Positions 1-12,195 of a stretch of DNA of 64,000 nucleotides are shown here, in pieces. The position numbers were made by a program, and so were the translations under genes. This DNA comes from Eledone cirrhosa. Lineage: Eukaryota. The stretch lies in contig OZ024740.1 of the NCBI GenBank assembly GCA_964016885.1, forward strand, positions 122,698,001 through 122,762,000, in the 5' to 3' direction. Position 1 is the stretch's first letter. Every line of letters starts with the position of its first letter. The notes below the pieces were generated by a model, which had not been told where the DNA came from, did no database searches, and saw only the letters and a program-made list of their open reading frames with translations.

Positions 1-2445
1 TCTTGGGCATATGTTATTCCATTAAATTTGAACATATGTTCCTTAAGGGTTAAGTTTATGCTGGCCCCCACCGCATGTGCAATCATTTTCTTTAGTTCAT
101 CGTGGTTTTCGGGGGTCCGTATGGCTCTGGTCCACCCGTTCCATCTATCTGTGTGGGTTTTCTTGGCCATTGAGGTAATGGTAGGTGGTCTGCCCCTTGC
201 TGGTCTTGTAGGGCACAGGTTGTTAAGGTCATATGTGTCTAGGTAATTTTTACTATAGGTAAGTTTAAGTAGGAGTCGCAGCTCACTGGTATCAATCCCA
301 AGGAATTCAACATTGCTCTCACTGATCATTTCTACGCATTTATACACAGCAAAATCCACGTCAATAAATGGATACAGGGACACAACATCCATACTACCTA
401 TTATGCAGGTTGTTAGGTCCCTAGATCGATTACTCTCGCCGATTCTGCTGAGGAGGTCCTCCGTGCTGTCACATACATCTGGGGACATTTCAATGATGGG
501 GCGTATGATCAGGGAGAGGAAGTAGGACAGTCTGTAGTTACTAGCAATGTTAACTCCACAGACTGGCCGTGTTGGTGGTCCTGTGACAGGGTCACTGCTC
601 GTTTTATGGTCTTTTCGAAGCCCATACAACGCTGGCACGTCATTGTTCCAGGCCTGGAAGTTGTTGGCAGTCCTTTTGTTGGGCTGCATTATATTTGTCC
701 ACATCATCATATGGGCATTGAGGGCTTTTTCTCTATCCTCATGCTCTTGTGGTGTTACTTCTCTTGTGTTAGTGATGTGGGATTGCATTGCCTGGATGTA
801 GTTTGGTAGACTGTCAACCGACATTCTGCCAGACTTGTCTGTTGGAAAGCATGCTATCTCTCCATTACGCGAGCGCTGCATGAGCTTACGCAAGCCATTT
901 GCAGATTTTTCTCCCAGTTGCTGGGCCTCCATTCTATTATGCTTCTTGCTATACTGTTCTATAATATTTCTAAGTTTAGATCTAGTTATACTAAATTGTG
1001 CTTCTGTTTGTTCATCGACCTGCGACGGCAATTGCGTGCGTTTGTTAAAAGCTAAAGTCGTGGCGAGGACTCGTCGCAGGTCGAACGACTAATCGGAGGG
1101 ATTATAAAAAGTAGAGTTCCAGGCTGCTGCTTTATGTGTACTAGTGCTATTGTTATTGTTAGTTGTGTTGTTTCTATTTCTATTTCCACCAAGAGCCTCA
1201 TGGTTGTTTCCATGTCTCTCATTATTACTCCTGTCTCTTTCCTCTGGCTCATTGTTATTATCTACTCTATTTTGTGTGTCTGTGTGTTCGACTTGGTTAT
1301 TTTCTCTGTCCATAGTCGCCGTTCTCCTTTCAATCCTATTACCTTCCCTTATTTCTGTGCTACTGTCATTACTTGTTTTCTGTGTCTGTGTGTTTAAGAT
1401 TGTGGTGGTGGTGAGAGGCATTGAATGTGTGTGTATTGTTGTTGTTGTTGATGTGTGCTGTTCTTGATGTGTGTTGTTGTTGTTGTCTCCGTGTATGTTA
1501 TTATTGTTGTGTGTGTTGTTATTGTTGTTTGTGTCTGCGTGTCTGTTGTTGTTGTTTCTGAGTATGTTATTATTGTTGATGTGTGTGTTGTTGTTATTGT
1601 TGTTTGTGTCTGTGTGTCTGTTGTTGTTGGGATGTGTGTTGTATATGTGTGTGTGTGTGCGTATGTTGTTACTTTTGTTTTTGTTTTTGTTTTTGAGGCT
1701 CCATCGTAATTTTGTTAATGATTTTTCTATTTCTGACAAGCATTTAATCATATTTACATTATTAAATGTGGCATACTTAGGTGGCAGTTGTAATACAGAT
1801 AATTCATCAGAGTCGAACGTAGTGTTGCCGTATATATTTGTGTTGTAGTTGTTGAATTCATCTTTTAATGAGATGTCGGCCATATTTATACCGTTAATTT
1901 TGTCGGGATATCTATTGATATTCTCTGAAGTATCTTGATTTAGTTTTATCTGTTTGAGCCACTTTAGTTTCTTGTTAAAATGCTTGTCACATTCTTGAAC
2001 AATGTACTGTTCTTCAGAACATATAAGGTTTATAAATATTAGTTTTTCTCTTGGTGTGGTGATATTAATTATTTCTTGTATTAGGTTACGCTTATGTTTT
2101 TCTTGATGACTTAATTCTCTAGAAATATTCTTTTTTATGTTTAGAACTAGTGTCCGTTTTAGCCTATCTGCTTGCTTTTGGGTGAGCTGTAATCTTCTTA
2201 CATCGGTGTTGATGCTGTTGGTGTAACCAGGCACTTTCTTTTGTGAAGTGTAGTTGTCGAGATGTTATTGTTTTTCGTAGAAAACAGAACATGGTGGTTT
2301 TCAGTGTCTTGTTAGCCTGGCTAAGGCTTACGATATTTCGTTTCTGAATTTGTTTAGCAAGATTCTTTATCTGAAAACGTGTGTTGAAATCGATATTGTT
2401 ATACTTTGGGAGGGTCATGTTGCCAATAAGAAACACACGCACCAG
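1..2445 (-). mobile_element. Penelope-like element, 5' part of ORF (N-terminal region plus RT up to motif B); continues beyond the left window edge
   Basis: Minus-strand translation gives FPTDKSG (~830-850), KDHK...TRPVCG and RT motif A IGSMDVVSLYPFID (~360-402). ORF 1089..2234 has a PLE-like N-terminal segment (VLQLPPKYATF...IEKSLTKLRW) with an Asn/Thr/His microsatellite expansion. Frameshifted. Bases 1-158 match 4055-4211. Confidence 0.85.
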
Positions 2446-4212
2446 TAGCTTTCACTTCAAATTATTATAATAAATTTATAAATTTACGAATTTATAAATT
2501 TCCCGTTGGTTGGTTGGTTCCACAACCAGATGGTTGTTTATATATTGTCAACGTTCTTTCGTCAGACATTCTGTGACCTCTTCAGTGACTGGGGATTCTT
2601 TTCTTTGTTTTTGTGCCTCTCCTTTGTTCTGTCCTACGCCATCTTGTTTTTGTGTGTGTGTTGTATGCTTAGCTTGCGCATGTGTTATATCCGGGTGTCT
2701 GTATGTGTTTATATTCGTTTATTTATTTGTTTATTTACATGTTACTGGTTGGTTGTTTGTTCTATGTGCGTGTGTGTTTTCATTTTGTCCTTAATTGTAT
2801 GTTGTGATGTTACTGTTCCACTCATGTTTTCTATTTAATTTTGGTTGTAATTCATTTATGTTTATTGCCTCTGTGATTTGTCTAAACATTGCGTCTTTTC
2901 TGTGCGTAGATTCTATTTTTATTTCTATGTTCTCTAATTTACCCTTGTGTTCTACTTTAGCATGTTGGTAGAGTACAGATGATTCTTTACTATCTTGAAG
3001 GTCTCGCCAGTGTTCATTTATCCGTTCCCCTATACTACGAGCTGTCTCACCTATGTGCACTATATTTTTATCTCTACATTGTCCTTCAGTACATTCTTAT
3101 GCTATATACTACATTTCTAGTTTTACAGTTAATATGGGGGCTTAACTTAAAGATTATACATTTCCTATCTATACAGGGAGGTCTTTGAAAAGGGTATGTC
3201 TCGCTAATAAGTGTTTTTCATGGAGGTATCTGGTCTTTCTACAATCTTAATATTGAGTTTATATTTATCTTGGGCCCTTCTAAATTTGTAAGCTAATTCG
3301 CCAGTAGGGGTTGTATCGATGAACATTACACTCTGGTATTTATTGCTATCATACCATGAGTTTATTCTATTAGCCTTATTCCTAGTTCTTTCTATTCTAT
3401 TCCAAAAGTTGCTACTATACAAGGGGCTTGTCCCATTTGTGTCATTATTTACCATTTTTCACATTTGGTTCGGGCTCCTCTATACACTCTGATTTTATCT
3501 CTCTGATTATAACCAGAGAACTGCATACGGTAGATGAAGTGTTGTATGTGTCTCTCTATTTATTCGGGTTGAACATGCGGGGCACGTTTCTCATCACCCG
3601 TACCAAATCCGCAATCAGTATGTTGATTTTGGTATGGTCCGAAATAGCTGAGTTTCGGTGGATCAGATATTTGGATGTCGTGGGTTTGGCATAATGGGAA
3701 TGGAGGATTTGTTTTTTGTTATTAATGGTATCTAACCAGAGCTCTGTATTTAGTACAGGTAATCGATGGTTGGGGTGTTTGCTTGGGTAGTCTATCGTAA
3801 CTCTAATACTCTGGTGGATCGAATTAGCTATTTGCTGGATGCTTTCCATTGTGATTTTCTCTAATTCCTGACTGTTCTCTAGTGGGGGTGTTTTAACTAC
3901 GATGTTTATATCATCAACGGAGCGGAAGTACATTATTAGCGTTATGGGGTCTTCTAATTGTTCTTTAAGTTTAAGTTTAAGTCTAGTGTCCTACCATACC
4001 ATGAATAGGTTAGCTATGTCGCCTGCAATGCTAACACCAATGGCTGCTGAATCTTCTTGGGCATATGTTTTTCGATTAAATTTGAACATATGTTCCTTAA
4101 GCATCAATTTTATGCTGGCCCCCACCGAATGTGCAATCATTTTCTTTAGTTCATCGTGGTTTTCGGGGGTCCGTATGGCTCTGGTCCACCCGTTCCATCT
4201 ATCTGTGTGGGT
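2446..4212 (-). mobile_element. Penelope-like element, 5'-truncated copy (RT C-terminal half, GIY-YIG endonuclease, 3' UTR), in tandem directly upstream of the copy at 1-2445
   Basis: ORF pieces AIGVSIAGDIANLFM (motif B), YFRSVDDI (motif C variant), LPVLNTELW, HYAKPT, and GIY-YIG HIGETARSIGERINEH...RQITEAININELQPKLN (2791..3060). Ends at a (TA)n run at 4213. Confidence 0.9.
2547..2589 (-). ncRNA. Degenerate hammerhead ribozyme in PLE pseudo-LTR
   Basis: Minus strand reads gtca-CTGAAGA-g-gtca(cagaatgtc)tgac-GAAA-gaacgt-tgac. Stems I and II pair, but the NUH triplet appears deleted. Confidence 0.55.
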
Positions 4213-4225
4213 ATATATATATATA

Positions 4226-5175
4226 GGCACCCAGGCACCCTTCACCCTCCATCTACTTCACGAGGGACTGCGGTCAGCCACTCTCTCTCTCTCCCTCCCC
4301 CTCTCTCTCTCTCTCTCTTAGCTACATATATATATATATATAAGATAAACTCCCCTTTATGTTTAATCACTTTTCGCCAATTCATTGCTGTTTCAATTCA
4401 GTGCTGTTTCCTACTACGGTGTACCTCATGTAATCGTAACGTACACATTTTTCTATCTACTCCACGCTTCAATTTCGTGCCTAGTCCAAACATCCAATCT
4501 TGCAAAATCCGAAATCTGTATTTTTTGTTATTTATGTTAAATACGGTAGTTTTTGTCGTATTGAACAGAACAAATCTTGCATTTTTGCTTTTTGTTAATC
4601 GCTTGTTAAACAATCATAACCTTCCAGCTAGCTACCCAATTCCTCAATTCCTTAATTCTATCGTATTCTCAAAACAAAACAAAATCCTTCCCATTCTACT
4701 TCTTATAAATTCCTTTAAATATATATTATGCTACTTCGAAAGTCAAAAATTCCGCTTCTACACTCAGGCACCCAGGCACCCTTCACCCTCCATCTACATC
4801 ACGAGGGACTGCGATCAGCCACTCTCTCTCTCTCCCGCTCCCCCTCTCTCTCTCTCTTAGCTACATATATATATATATAAGATAAACTCCCCTTCATGTT
4901 TAATCACTTTTCGCCAATTCATTGCTGTTTCAATTCAGTGCTGTTTCCTACTACGGTGTACCTCATGTAATCGTAACGTACACATTTTTTCTATCTACTC
5001 CACGCTTCAATTTCGTACCTAGTCCAAACATCCAATCTTGCAAAATCCGAAATCTGTATTTTTTGTTATTTATGTTAAATACGGTAGTTTTTGTCGTATT
5101 GAACAGAACAAATCTTGCATTTTTGCTTTTTGTTAATCGCTTGTTAAACAATCATAACCTTCCAGCTAGCTACCC
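4226..5175. repeat. Non-coding tandem repeat, 541-bp period, about 1.75 units
   Basis: ggcacccaggcacccttcaccctccatctac starts at 4226 and again at 4767. The units are near-identical, contain (CT)n and (TA)n, and abut a (TA)n run on the left. Confidence 0.9.
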
Positions 5176-5295
5176 CACACCCCTCTCACCCGCCCCCACA
5201 CACCACCATTCTTAATACGTGGACCAATCATAAGCCAGAGCGCATCACAATTATTATTATTACGCGGACCAATCATAAGCCAGAGGCCTATACTA

Positions 5296-8200
5296 TCGCT
5301 TGCCCGGTTGCCTTCGATATATGATGGATGGATGGATGGGCTGCGGAATCCTGGAGAGTGGAAGGGAGAGAAAAATCTGGACGCTCAGAACGAAAATGCC
5401 AAAGTTAAAGTCAAATTCACCTCGTGGACGAGAATGCGAGCACTCCTCTTTGTTTCGTCCGCGGATGGCTAACATAACCCCATCTCCCCCCACCGCCCCC
5501 ACCCTCCAAACGCAATCCAAAACTTCAGAGTTGGTACCATAAATGTAGGCACCCTAAAGGGTCGCGCTAACGAGGTTGTAGAAATGCTTGAACGTAAGGA
5601 GGTCGATGTTTGTTGTATTCAAGAGACCAGGTGGAGGGGTGGGTCTGCTAGATTCATTGAGGGTAAAAAACGATGTTATAAGCTTTTCTGGGTGGGAAAC
5701 GACGATGGGCTGGGTGGAGTAGGAATCATGGTAGCAGAAAGTGGGCAGATAAGATAATAGACGTAAATAGAGTGAACGACAGAATAATTAAAATACGACT
5801 TGTCCTCAATAGAACTACGGTGACAGTAATATCTGCGTACGCACCCCAATCCTGACTGCCCGGCACTATAAAACACAGATTCTATGAGACACTGATGCTA
5901 ACTACCTCCCAAATATCCGACAGTGACTATATAATTATTGCAGGCGACCTAAATGGTCACGTTGGACAACATTGTGACGGCTACGACGAAATCCATGGAG
6001 GCTATGGGTTTGGTACTAGAAATGAGGAATTCTGTGATGCAAATAACCTAACTATCTGTAACACGAACTTCAAAAAACATGACAATCACCTGATCACCTA
6101 TAGATCCGGGGAACACACAAGCCAGGTAGATTATATCCTTACCAGAAGACGTGACAGAGTGTCTGTCGTAAACACTAAATCCCTCCCCCATGAAGAATGC
6201 ACCTCCCAACATAGACTGATAATTAGCGACCTCATAGTCAGGACGAGACGTACTCGACAGCAGAAGAGGACTATCCTCAGGAGAAAAATATGGAAGCTAA
6301 AGGACCCCACAGCCAGAAATAAATTTCAAAGCATATCACTTGATGCTTTCGACAGTAAGGAAGAACATTTACAGTCGGACAATATAGAGGGACAGTGGGA
6401 AATTCTGAAAGCAAACCTGCTGATGGCGACAGACGAAGTCTGTGGCTGGAGCAGGCATGTAGGCAGGAGGAGAGTAACATGGTGGTGGAACAGTAATGTG
6501 GAGGGGTCAATTAAGGCCAAAAAGCAGGCTTGGAAAGTATGGCGGGATGGGGGAAGTAGAGAAGACTATCAAGTGGCCAGGAGGGAAGCTAGGAGACAAG
6601 TGTACTTAGCAAGAAGGGAAGCAGAGGAAAGAAAGTTCAAGCATGTTCTACAACGCGAGGACCAAAAACGTGAGGTGTTCAGGATTGCTAGGCAATGCGT
6701 CAAGGAAAACCGTGATATTGTCGGGGAGAAGTGTGTCCTAAACGATGATGGCACACTTGCCATCACCGACGCTGATAAGAAGGTAGCTTGGAAGTGTCAC
6801 TATGAAAGTCTACTAAATGAGGAGAATAAATGGGAGAAAGACAGTCTCCCCCATATCGACCCAATAGAGGGACCAGCAGTGTTAGTCGAGGGGAGTATAA
6901 TAAGTAAGGCAATCAAGGATATGAAGACGGGTAAGGCGGCTGGGCCTTCGGAAATAGTTGCTGAGATGCTGAAGGCATCTGGCACGGTGGGACACACCAT
7001 GGTCACCCGCATAGTTAACCAAGTCGTGCAGAATGGGGTTGTTCCGAAGGACTGGCATAGCAGCATCATCGTTAACTGTTATAAGGGTAAAGGAGACGCC
7101 CTAGATAGGAGTAACTATTGAGGCATTAAATTAATCGACCAGGTCATGAAGGTCACGGAAAAAGTAATAGCGCAACTAATCAGAGAGAGAATTGACCTAG
7201 ATGAAATGCAGTTCGGGTTTGTGTCAGGCAAAAGTACCACAGACGCTCTTTTCATAGTACGACAACTACAGGAGAAGTACCTAGCTAAAGGTAAACCACT
7301 CTACTTAGCTTTTGTCGACTTGGAGAAAGCCTTCGACAGAGTCCCCCGCTACATTATCTGGTGGGCTCTTAGAAAACTAGGCGTTGACGAATGGCTTGTG
7401 AGGGCTATACAAGCCATGTATAAAGAAACAGTCAGCAAGGTTAGAATTAACAACGAATATAGTGAAGAGTTTAGCGTAAAAGTTGGCGTCCACCAGGGCT
7501 CTGTTCTCAGCCCCCTACTATTTATTATTGCCCTTCAGGCTATAACAGAGGAGTTCAAGACCGGCTGCCCATGGGAACTCCTATACGCAGACGACCTGAC
7601 ACTCATAGCTGAATCAATGGCCGAGCTAGAGAAGAAATTCCAAACATGGAAGCACGGCCTAGAGTCAAAAGGACTTAAAATTAACCTGGCTAAGACCAAA
7701 GTTCTAGTTTGTAGGAAAGAAAACAAGGCGGCGGTCCCTTCTGGGAAATGGTCGTGCTCGGTGTGTAGGAAAGGCGTAGGTAGAAACTCTATTTTATGTC
7801 CTAAATGCAAAGTATGGGTGCATAAAATATGTAGTGGTATCACAGGTAAGCTAACTAAGAATATAGATTTTACATGTGGCCGGTGTTCTGGTGCAATAAG
7901 TAGCAGCAAGTGCCCACAAAATCCTAGCTCTTTCAATTGCGCAGAGGGTTCTATAGAAATAGTGGACAGCTTCCGTTACCTGGGCAATAAAATCAGCAGT
8001 GGGGGAGGGTGCTCTGAAAGTACAGTAGCTAGAGTCAGAACTGGTTGGAAAAAGTTCAGAGAGCTTATACCACTATTAGCTGCTAAAGGGTTCTCCCTAA
8101 AAATGAAAGGCAGGTTGTACGATGCCTGCATACGAATAGCAATGTTGCATGGCAGAGAGACCTGGGCATTGTGTGCAGAGGATATACGCAGACTAGAGAG

Positions 8201-8932
8201 GAACGAAGCTTGCATGCTCCGCTGGATGAGTAACAGTAATATACGTGAACGGCAAAGCATAAACGAACTAAGGAAAAAATTAGAGATAAGAGGGATCAGA
8301 TGTTGTTTACTCGAGAGAAGACTACGTTGGTATGGACACGTGATGCGCATGAAAGTCGATAGCTGTATAACAAAGTGCAGGGCAATAAAGATAGACGGTA
8401 GCCACGGAATAGGCAGACCTAGAAAAACCTGGGTAGCTGATAAACTCCGACCTCACACACTTACACCTCTCCAAGACAATGTCACTGGACCGAGACCTTT
8501 GGCGGTACTCAGTAACAGAGAAGACCCGCCTTACCTAAATATATAGTAAAACCTACTCCAGCCAGTAGGCATCTCTAACAAAATACACCCCGTCCCACCA
8601 CCACCACCCCCCACCCCATCCACACCACCCCGTTCTATGTAAAGTTATGTTGGTGCCGCGCCATCCAGGCCGAAACAAATGCGATCGTGTAGGTGTCACG
8701 ACAAAAAAACACACAGTCCACGCTGTAATGTGGCCGTGTAGGCAACACGGTAAAAACCTCCCAGACCCACACTGTAAATGTGGTTGGTGTTAGGAAGGGC
8801 ATCCAACTGTAGAAAACCTGCCAGACAGTCCTATGCGAGCAAGACAATCACTCTTGCCTCAAGTGGGACTACCCCCGTCCAAACCCATGCAAGCGTGGAA
8901 CACGGACGTTAAACGATTGATGATGATGATGA

Positions 8933-8936
<4 letters not shown>
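5296..8936 (+). mobile_element. Near full-length RTE-clade LINE (APE endonuclease plus RT), disrupted by a few stops and frameshifts
   Basis: APE motifs VGTINVGTL, CCIQETRW, AGDLNGHVG, SQVDYIL and SQHRLI. RT motifs QFGF, FVDLEKAFDRV, GVHQGSVLSPLLF, LYADDL and FRY. C-terminal RRLRWYGHVMR...GRPRKTW. The 3' UTR ends ggacgttaaacga followed by (TGA)n. Confidence 0.95.
5895..8546 (+). pseudogene. RTE polyprotein remnant (ORFs 5895..7121 and 7146..8546, split by a TGA at 7119-7121)
   Basis: The two ORFs are in the same frame. The TGA replaces the Arg of the NYRGIKL motif, which is intact in copy 2. Confidence 0.9.
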
Positions 8937-8981
<45 letters not shown>

Positions 8982-8986
<5 letters not shown>

Positions 8987-11520
8987 AGATCAAAAGATGG
9001 TTAAAAGTGTTTCATGTATTTCATTATGCGCATTTCAAAAACAAATATCATCATGGGATGATATTTGCGTTCTCATCAGATAAAATAGGGAGACATGATA
9101 TGAAGCTTAAAAAACAGTTGCGAACAATGAAGTGTTACATCAACATATGAAAAATAAAGTAAGATGGATATATGAGATTGAAAAAAAAAAAAAAAAAGGA
9201 GGCGGTTAAGGAAGAGGAAGAAAGAAAATAAAGGATTACGGGGGAGGAGTATAAGAAGGAAGGATGAGAGAGGAGGAGAAATGAGTGATAGAGAGAGAGG
9301 GATAGCCTTTAAAACTGTTAGAACACTGTCTCACAGAGAGAAATTAAAAAAAACCGTTGAAAGATAATAGATAATTTTAAAAGATTTTTTAATTAAAAGT
9401 TAATGAGGTTTATGAATGGTGGTCTTTAGGATTAAAGAAAAAGGAATTAAGAATAGTATTTATTTAAGGTTTATATATTGAAGGGTTTACTAATATGTGC
9501 GAAAAAAGAATTTATTAATATGTATTATTAAAATAAAAATATGAAGGATATAATGTGAATGAAGGAGAGATTAAATGAATTATGAACTTAGAGGAATTAG
9601 TTAGGGTTTAAATTTGTTTTTATATATTGTAATATGTAAAAGTAAATAATAGGTTTAATACGAGCACCTAAGGAGAGAAGAAAGTAGAAAATTTAAGGAA
9701 GACAAAAATATAACGTCAAAAAATATATATGTTTACAAAATTTACTAATGGAAATATTACTATATATTTAAAAAAATATAGTTTGTTTGGCCAAGAATAT
9801 AAGGAAAAAGGAAAATGCTATAGTGAGTAATAATATGAATTAAGAAGTAATTGAGCTGTAACAGTTACAGATTAAAGATTAGAAATTAAAAAAGAAAAAA
9901 GGAGGAAAGGAAAAAGGATAAAAAATAAGAAAGATAGGGGACCGCTAACGACATAGAATGAGTAAATTGTATAATATAATATACTGATATAAGGTAGAAA
10001 GATGGGTATATTTGTAAAAGATATAAAAGCGTTTGAGAAAAGAAGAATTTAATCTAATTAGGTATTGAGATATTAGCTGTATACTTTATGGAAAGTCTAT
10101 GGGATTTATGCAAGCAGAACGAAAATAAATCTGTACGTCTATTTATTATAGAATTACAATTAGCGATAATGGTAACTTTCTCGGCTAGGCAAAGATTACA
10201 TGTTATGGATAGGGAAGAATTCCGGTAAGGAAAGGCGTTGCAAACCTTCCTCCAAGAGATGTTGTAGTTAATATTTTTGTCTTTTAAGGACCATATGAGT
10301 TCCGAGAGTGCCGTGTTAGTTCTTTTAAGTTGGTATTTAAAGGACGAATTGTGATTATAAAATATTGCTTTAAAGGAAGTGGAAGTGGAACCAAAATAGG
10401 TAAAAGAATTAGTTCCAGTTATAACGTTACATTCATACACTACATTTTTATCAAGATATTGGTTATTAAGAGGACATTTAGTTCTAACAGGGCAATTACA
10501 ATTACGATTAGAGAAATTACCAGAGTTATTAACAAGTGACCTAGTATTATTTGTAGAAGGAATTGGATTGGAGAAGTTATTTACGATAGGAAATATAATT
10601 TCCTGATTTAGATTGGTGTCATGAACTTTCGACGAAGTTACGTTTCACGTCGTATTTAAACATACTGAATCTAGCCGAGAGTTAACATTGACGTTATAAT
10701 GACGCTCAGTGTTGGATGGATATAATTTATTATTTAATATTTTATTATTAAGTTTAGAGATAATGTTAGAGATGTTGGAAGTGTTGGAATAAGAGAATTT
10801 GATTGTATGTTTGTTAAAGATCTTACTACAGATATGCGAGGGAGGGAAGCATTTATCTAAGGTCCTAAAAAAAAGTTTAGGAATATAAGTAGTAATAGAT
10901 AGAGAAAAAGGAGCATTATAGCAAATCATATTTTTGTATTTAGGTCTTTTATTTAAGTTATTGGAATGTTCATAACTAACTGTTTTACTATAAGTCCTTC
11001 GATGATTGGTTTCTTTACTGTATTTAATTTTATCACGGTAACCGGGTTTTGAAAGCGCATTATTATAATAATTGACATTAGCGTCGAAGATAATTTATTA
11101 GAGGATATATTTGAGATCCTTTTTTCAACATAACTGAATTAACATAATTTAGATTCTCATTGTCTTTATGATAAGGGTAATATAGGCCGGTGTCAAGATT
11201 AAGGGATATATCCAGGAAGTTAGCTAGTTTGACGTTGTTTTCAAATTCAATTTTTAGGTTATGGTGCTTAAATAGATGAAGTATATTATTCTTAATAATA
11301 TTAAGGTTAACTAAGTTACAGTTTAAGACAGTAAAAAGGCATCGTCACGATAAATTCCATCGCGAAGTTGAGGAATTTTCCGATTTAAAGAATTCAAAAT
11401 AAAGATACCAATCAAGTCAGTCAATTGCGCTGAAACGGACGAACCAGTTGTGATATCAAAATTGAGTGACAAAGGCCAAGAGAATTCTATAAACCAGTTC
11501 AAAATAGTGGGTTCCTATCA
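8982..11520 (-). mobile_element. Decayed Penelope-like element, Naiad-type
   Basis: Minus-strand pieces: RT LYRDD-like and FLDISLNL region (~11160-11460), ICYNAPFS...IFNKHTIKFSYS (10645..10929), CNC...CPLN linker, and GIY-YIG YFGSTSTSFKAIFYNHNSSF...CNLCLAEK (10054..10440). Long U-rich 3' UTR with an HHR. Clade assignment is from remembered motifs only. Confidence 0.8.
9017..9087 (-). ncRNA. Type I hammerhead ribozyme, intact core
   Basis: Minus strand: tattttat-CTGATGA-gaacgcaaatatcatc(ccat)gatgatatttgttttt-GAAA-tgcgc-ATA-atgaaata. 8-bp stem I, long stem II, palindromic stem III ATGCGCAT, AUA cleavage site. Confidence 0.85.
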
Positions 11521-11544
11521 TATCATTATTGTTATATATATATA

Positions 11545-11617
<73 letters not shown>

Positions 11618-12075
11618 TGAGATTCTACAGGATTAGAATTCATTTTTTAGAAATCATCAGGAATCTGGCTTTCCAAAATAAATGTTGTGGTATTTATATC
11701 TTTTCCGGTGGTAGGAGAGGGTGGGGAATGGGATGGGTGGAGGGCATTGGTTGAAGGAAAAGGGAATTCATTAAAAGATTAATTCTTTAAGGCTATAAAT
11801 TATATTTAGAGTGACAAAGGCAGAAAGAATGCTATAAACAAGTTCAGAATGGGGTGCCACTCCTTATATTTAAGTTTCTCTTAAGCTAACAATGCCTATA
11901 TTTCAGGTGTCTATAAGGTGATAGGGGTCGGTCATGGTTGATGGATTTAAAGAAAAGGGAAATTCTTTAAGAGCTAATTCTTTAAAGCTATACTTAGAGT
12001 GAGGCCAAGAGAATTCTATAAACAAGTTCAAAATATTGGGTGCCTACCATATCAATTTTGTCATATTTCTCTTAA
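11462..12075. repeat. Degenerate sub-repeat, ~190-bp spacing
   Basis: A gagtgacaaaggccaagagaattctataaacaagttcaaaat-like motif occurs at ~11464, ~11809 and ~11997. aaagggaa..ttaa.ag..taattcttt occurs at ~11759 and ~11954. Confidence 0.6.
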
Positions 12076-12195
12076 GCTATATTCCAGGTGTCAACAGCCA
12101 CATTCACACACACACACACGCACACACACACACACCCACGCACACGCACACGCACCCCACCCCCCACACACACACATATATATATATATACATAT

